From NCBI RefSeq assembly GCF_001194135.2, contig NC_068982.1, forward strand, positions 94,358,006 through 94,391,011: a stretch of DNA of 33,006 nt, given 5' to 3'. Within the stretch, counting starts at the first letter, position 1; every line of letters starts with the position of its first letter. Made by a program: the position numbers and the translations under genes. The notes beneath the pieces are model-generated. The model made no database searches. It saw only the letters and a program-made list of their open reading frames with translations, and was not told the origin of the DNA. Below, piece after piece: positions 32,953-33,006 of this stretch. The DNA comes from Octopus bimaculoides (taxonomy: Eukaryota).

Positions 32953-33006
<54 letters not shown>
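32928..33006 (+). repeat. (CA)n microsatellite
   Basis: Direct inspection. Confidence 0.97.

Overview
AT-rich, gapped eukaryotic scaffold segment with eight N-runs, most abutting microsatellites. It is intronic or intergenic in character, and no host gene can be confidently identified. The dense microsatellites, tRNA-derived SINE families and Dong/R4 LINEs suggest a cephalopod such as Octopus; this is inference from repeat content and recall, not a search. Mobile elements seen: (i) a 5'-truncated Penelope-like element (PLE; RT thumb/HTH, Cys linker, GIY-YIG) at 395-1286 (-); (ii) several decayed Dong/R4-type RLE non-LTR retrotransposons (2285-4278, 4280-4823, 9405-10720, 14585-14870, 23660-26640); (iii) a mariner relic (13110-13870); (iv) a CR1-like RT relic (30640-31230); (v) tRNA-derived SINEs. 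The most interesting signal is a ~120-190 bp repeat found five times (12515, 16112, 20674, 21911, 32384). It folds into a PLE-type minimal type I hammerhead ribozyme, carries a family-wide non-canonical core (CUGUUGA, U at position 6) and always ends 3' in (TA)n. A ~35-bp-stem pre-miRNA-like hairpin lies at 10987-11064. Almost all supplied ORFs are microsatellite or N-run artefacts or TE fragments. All alignments were done by eye.
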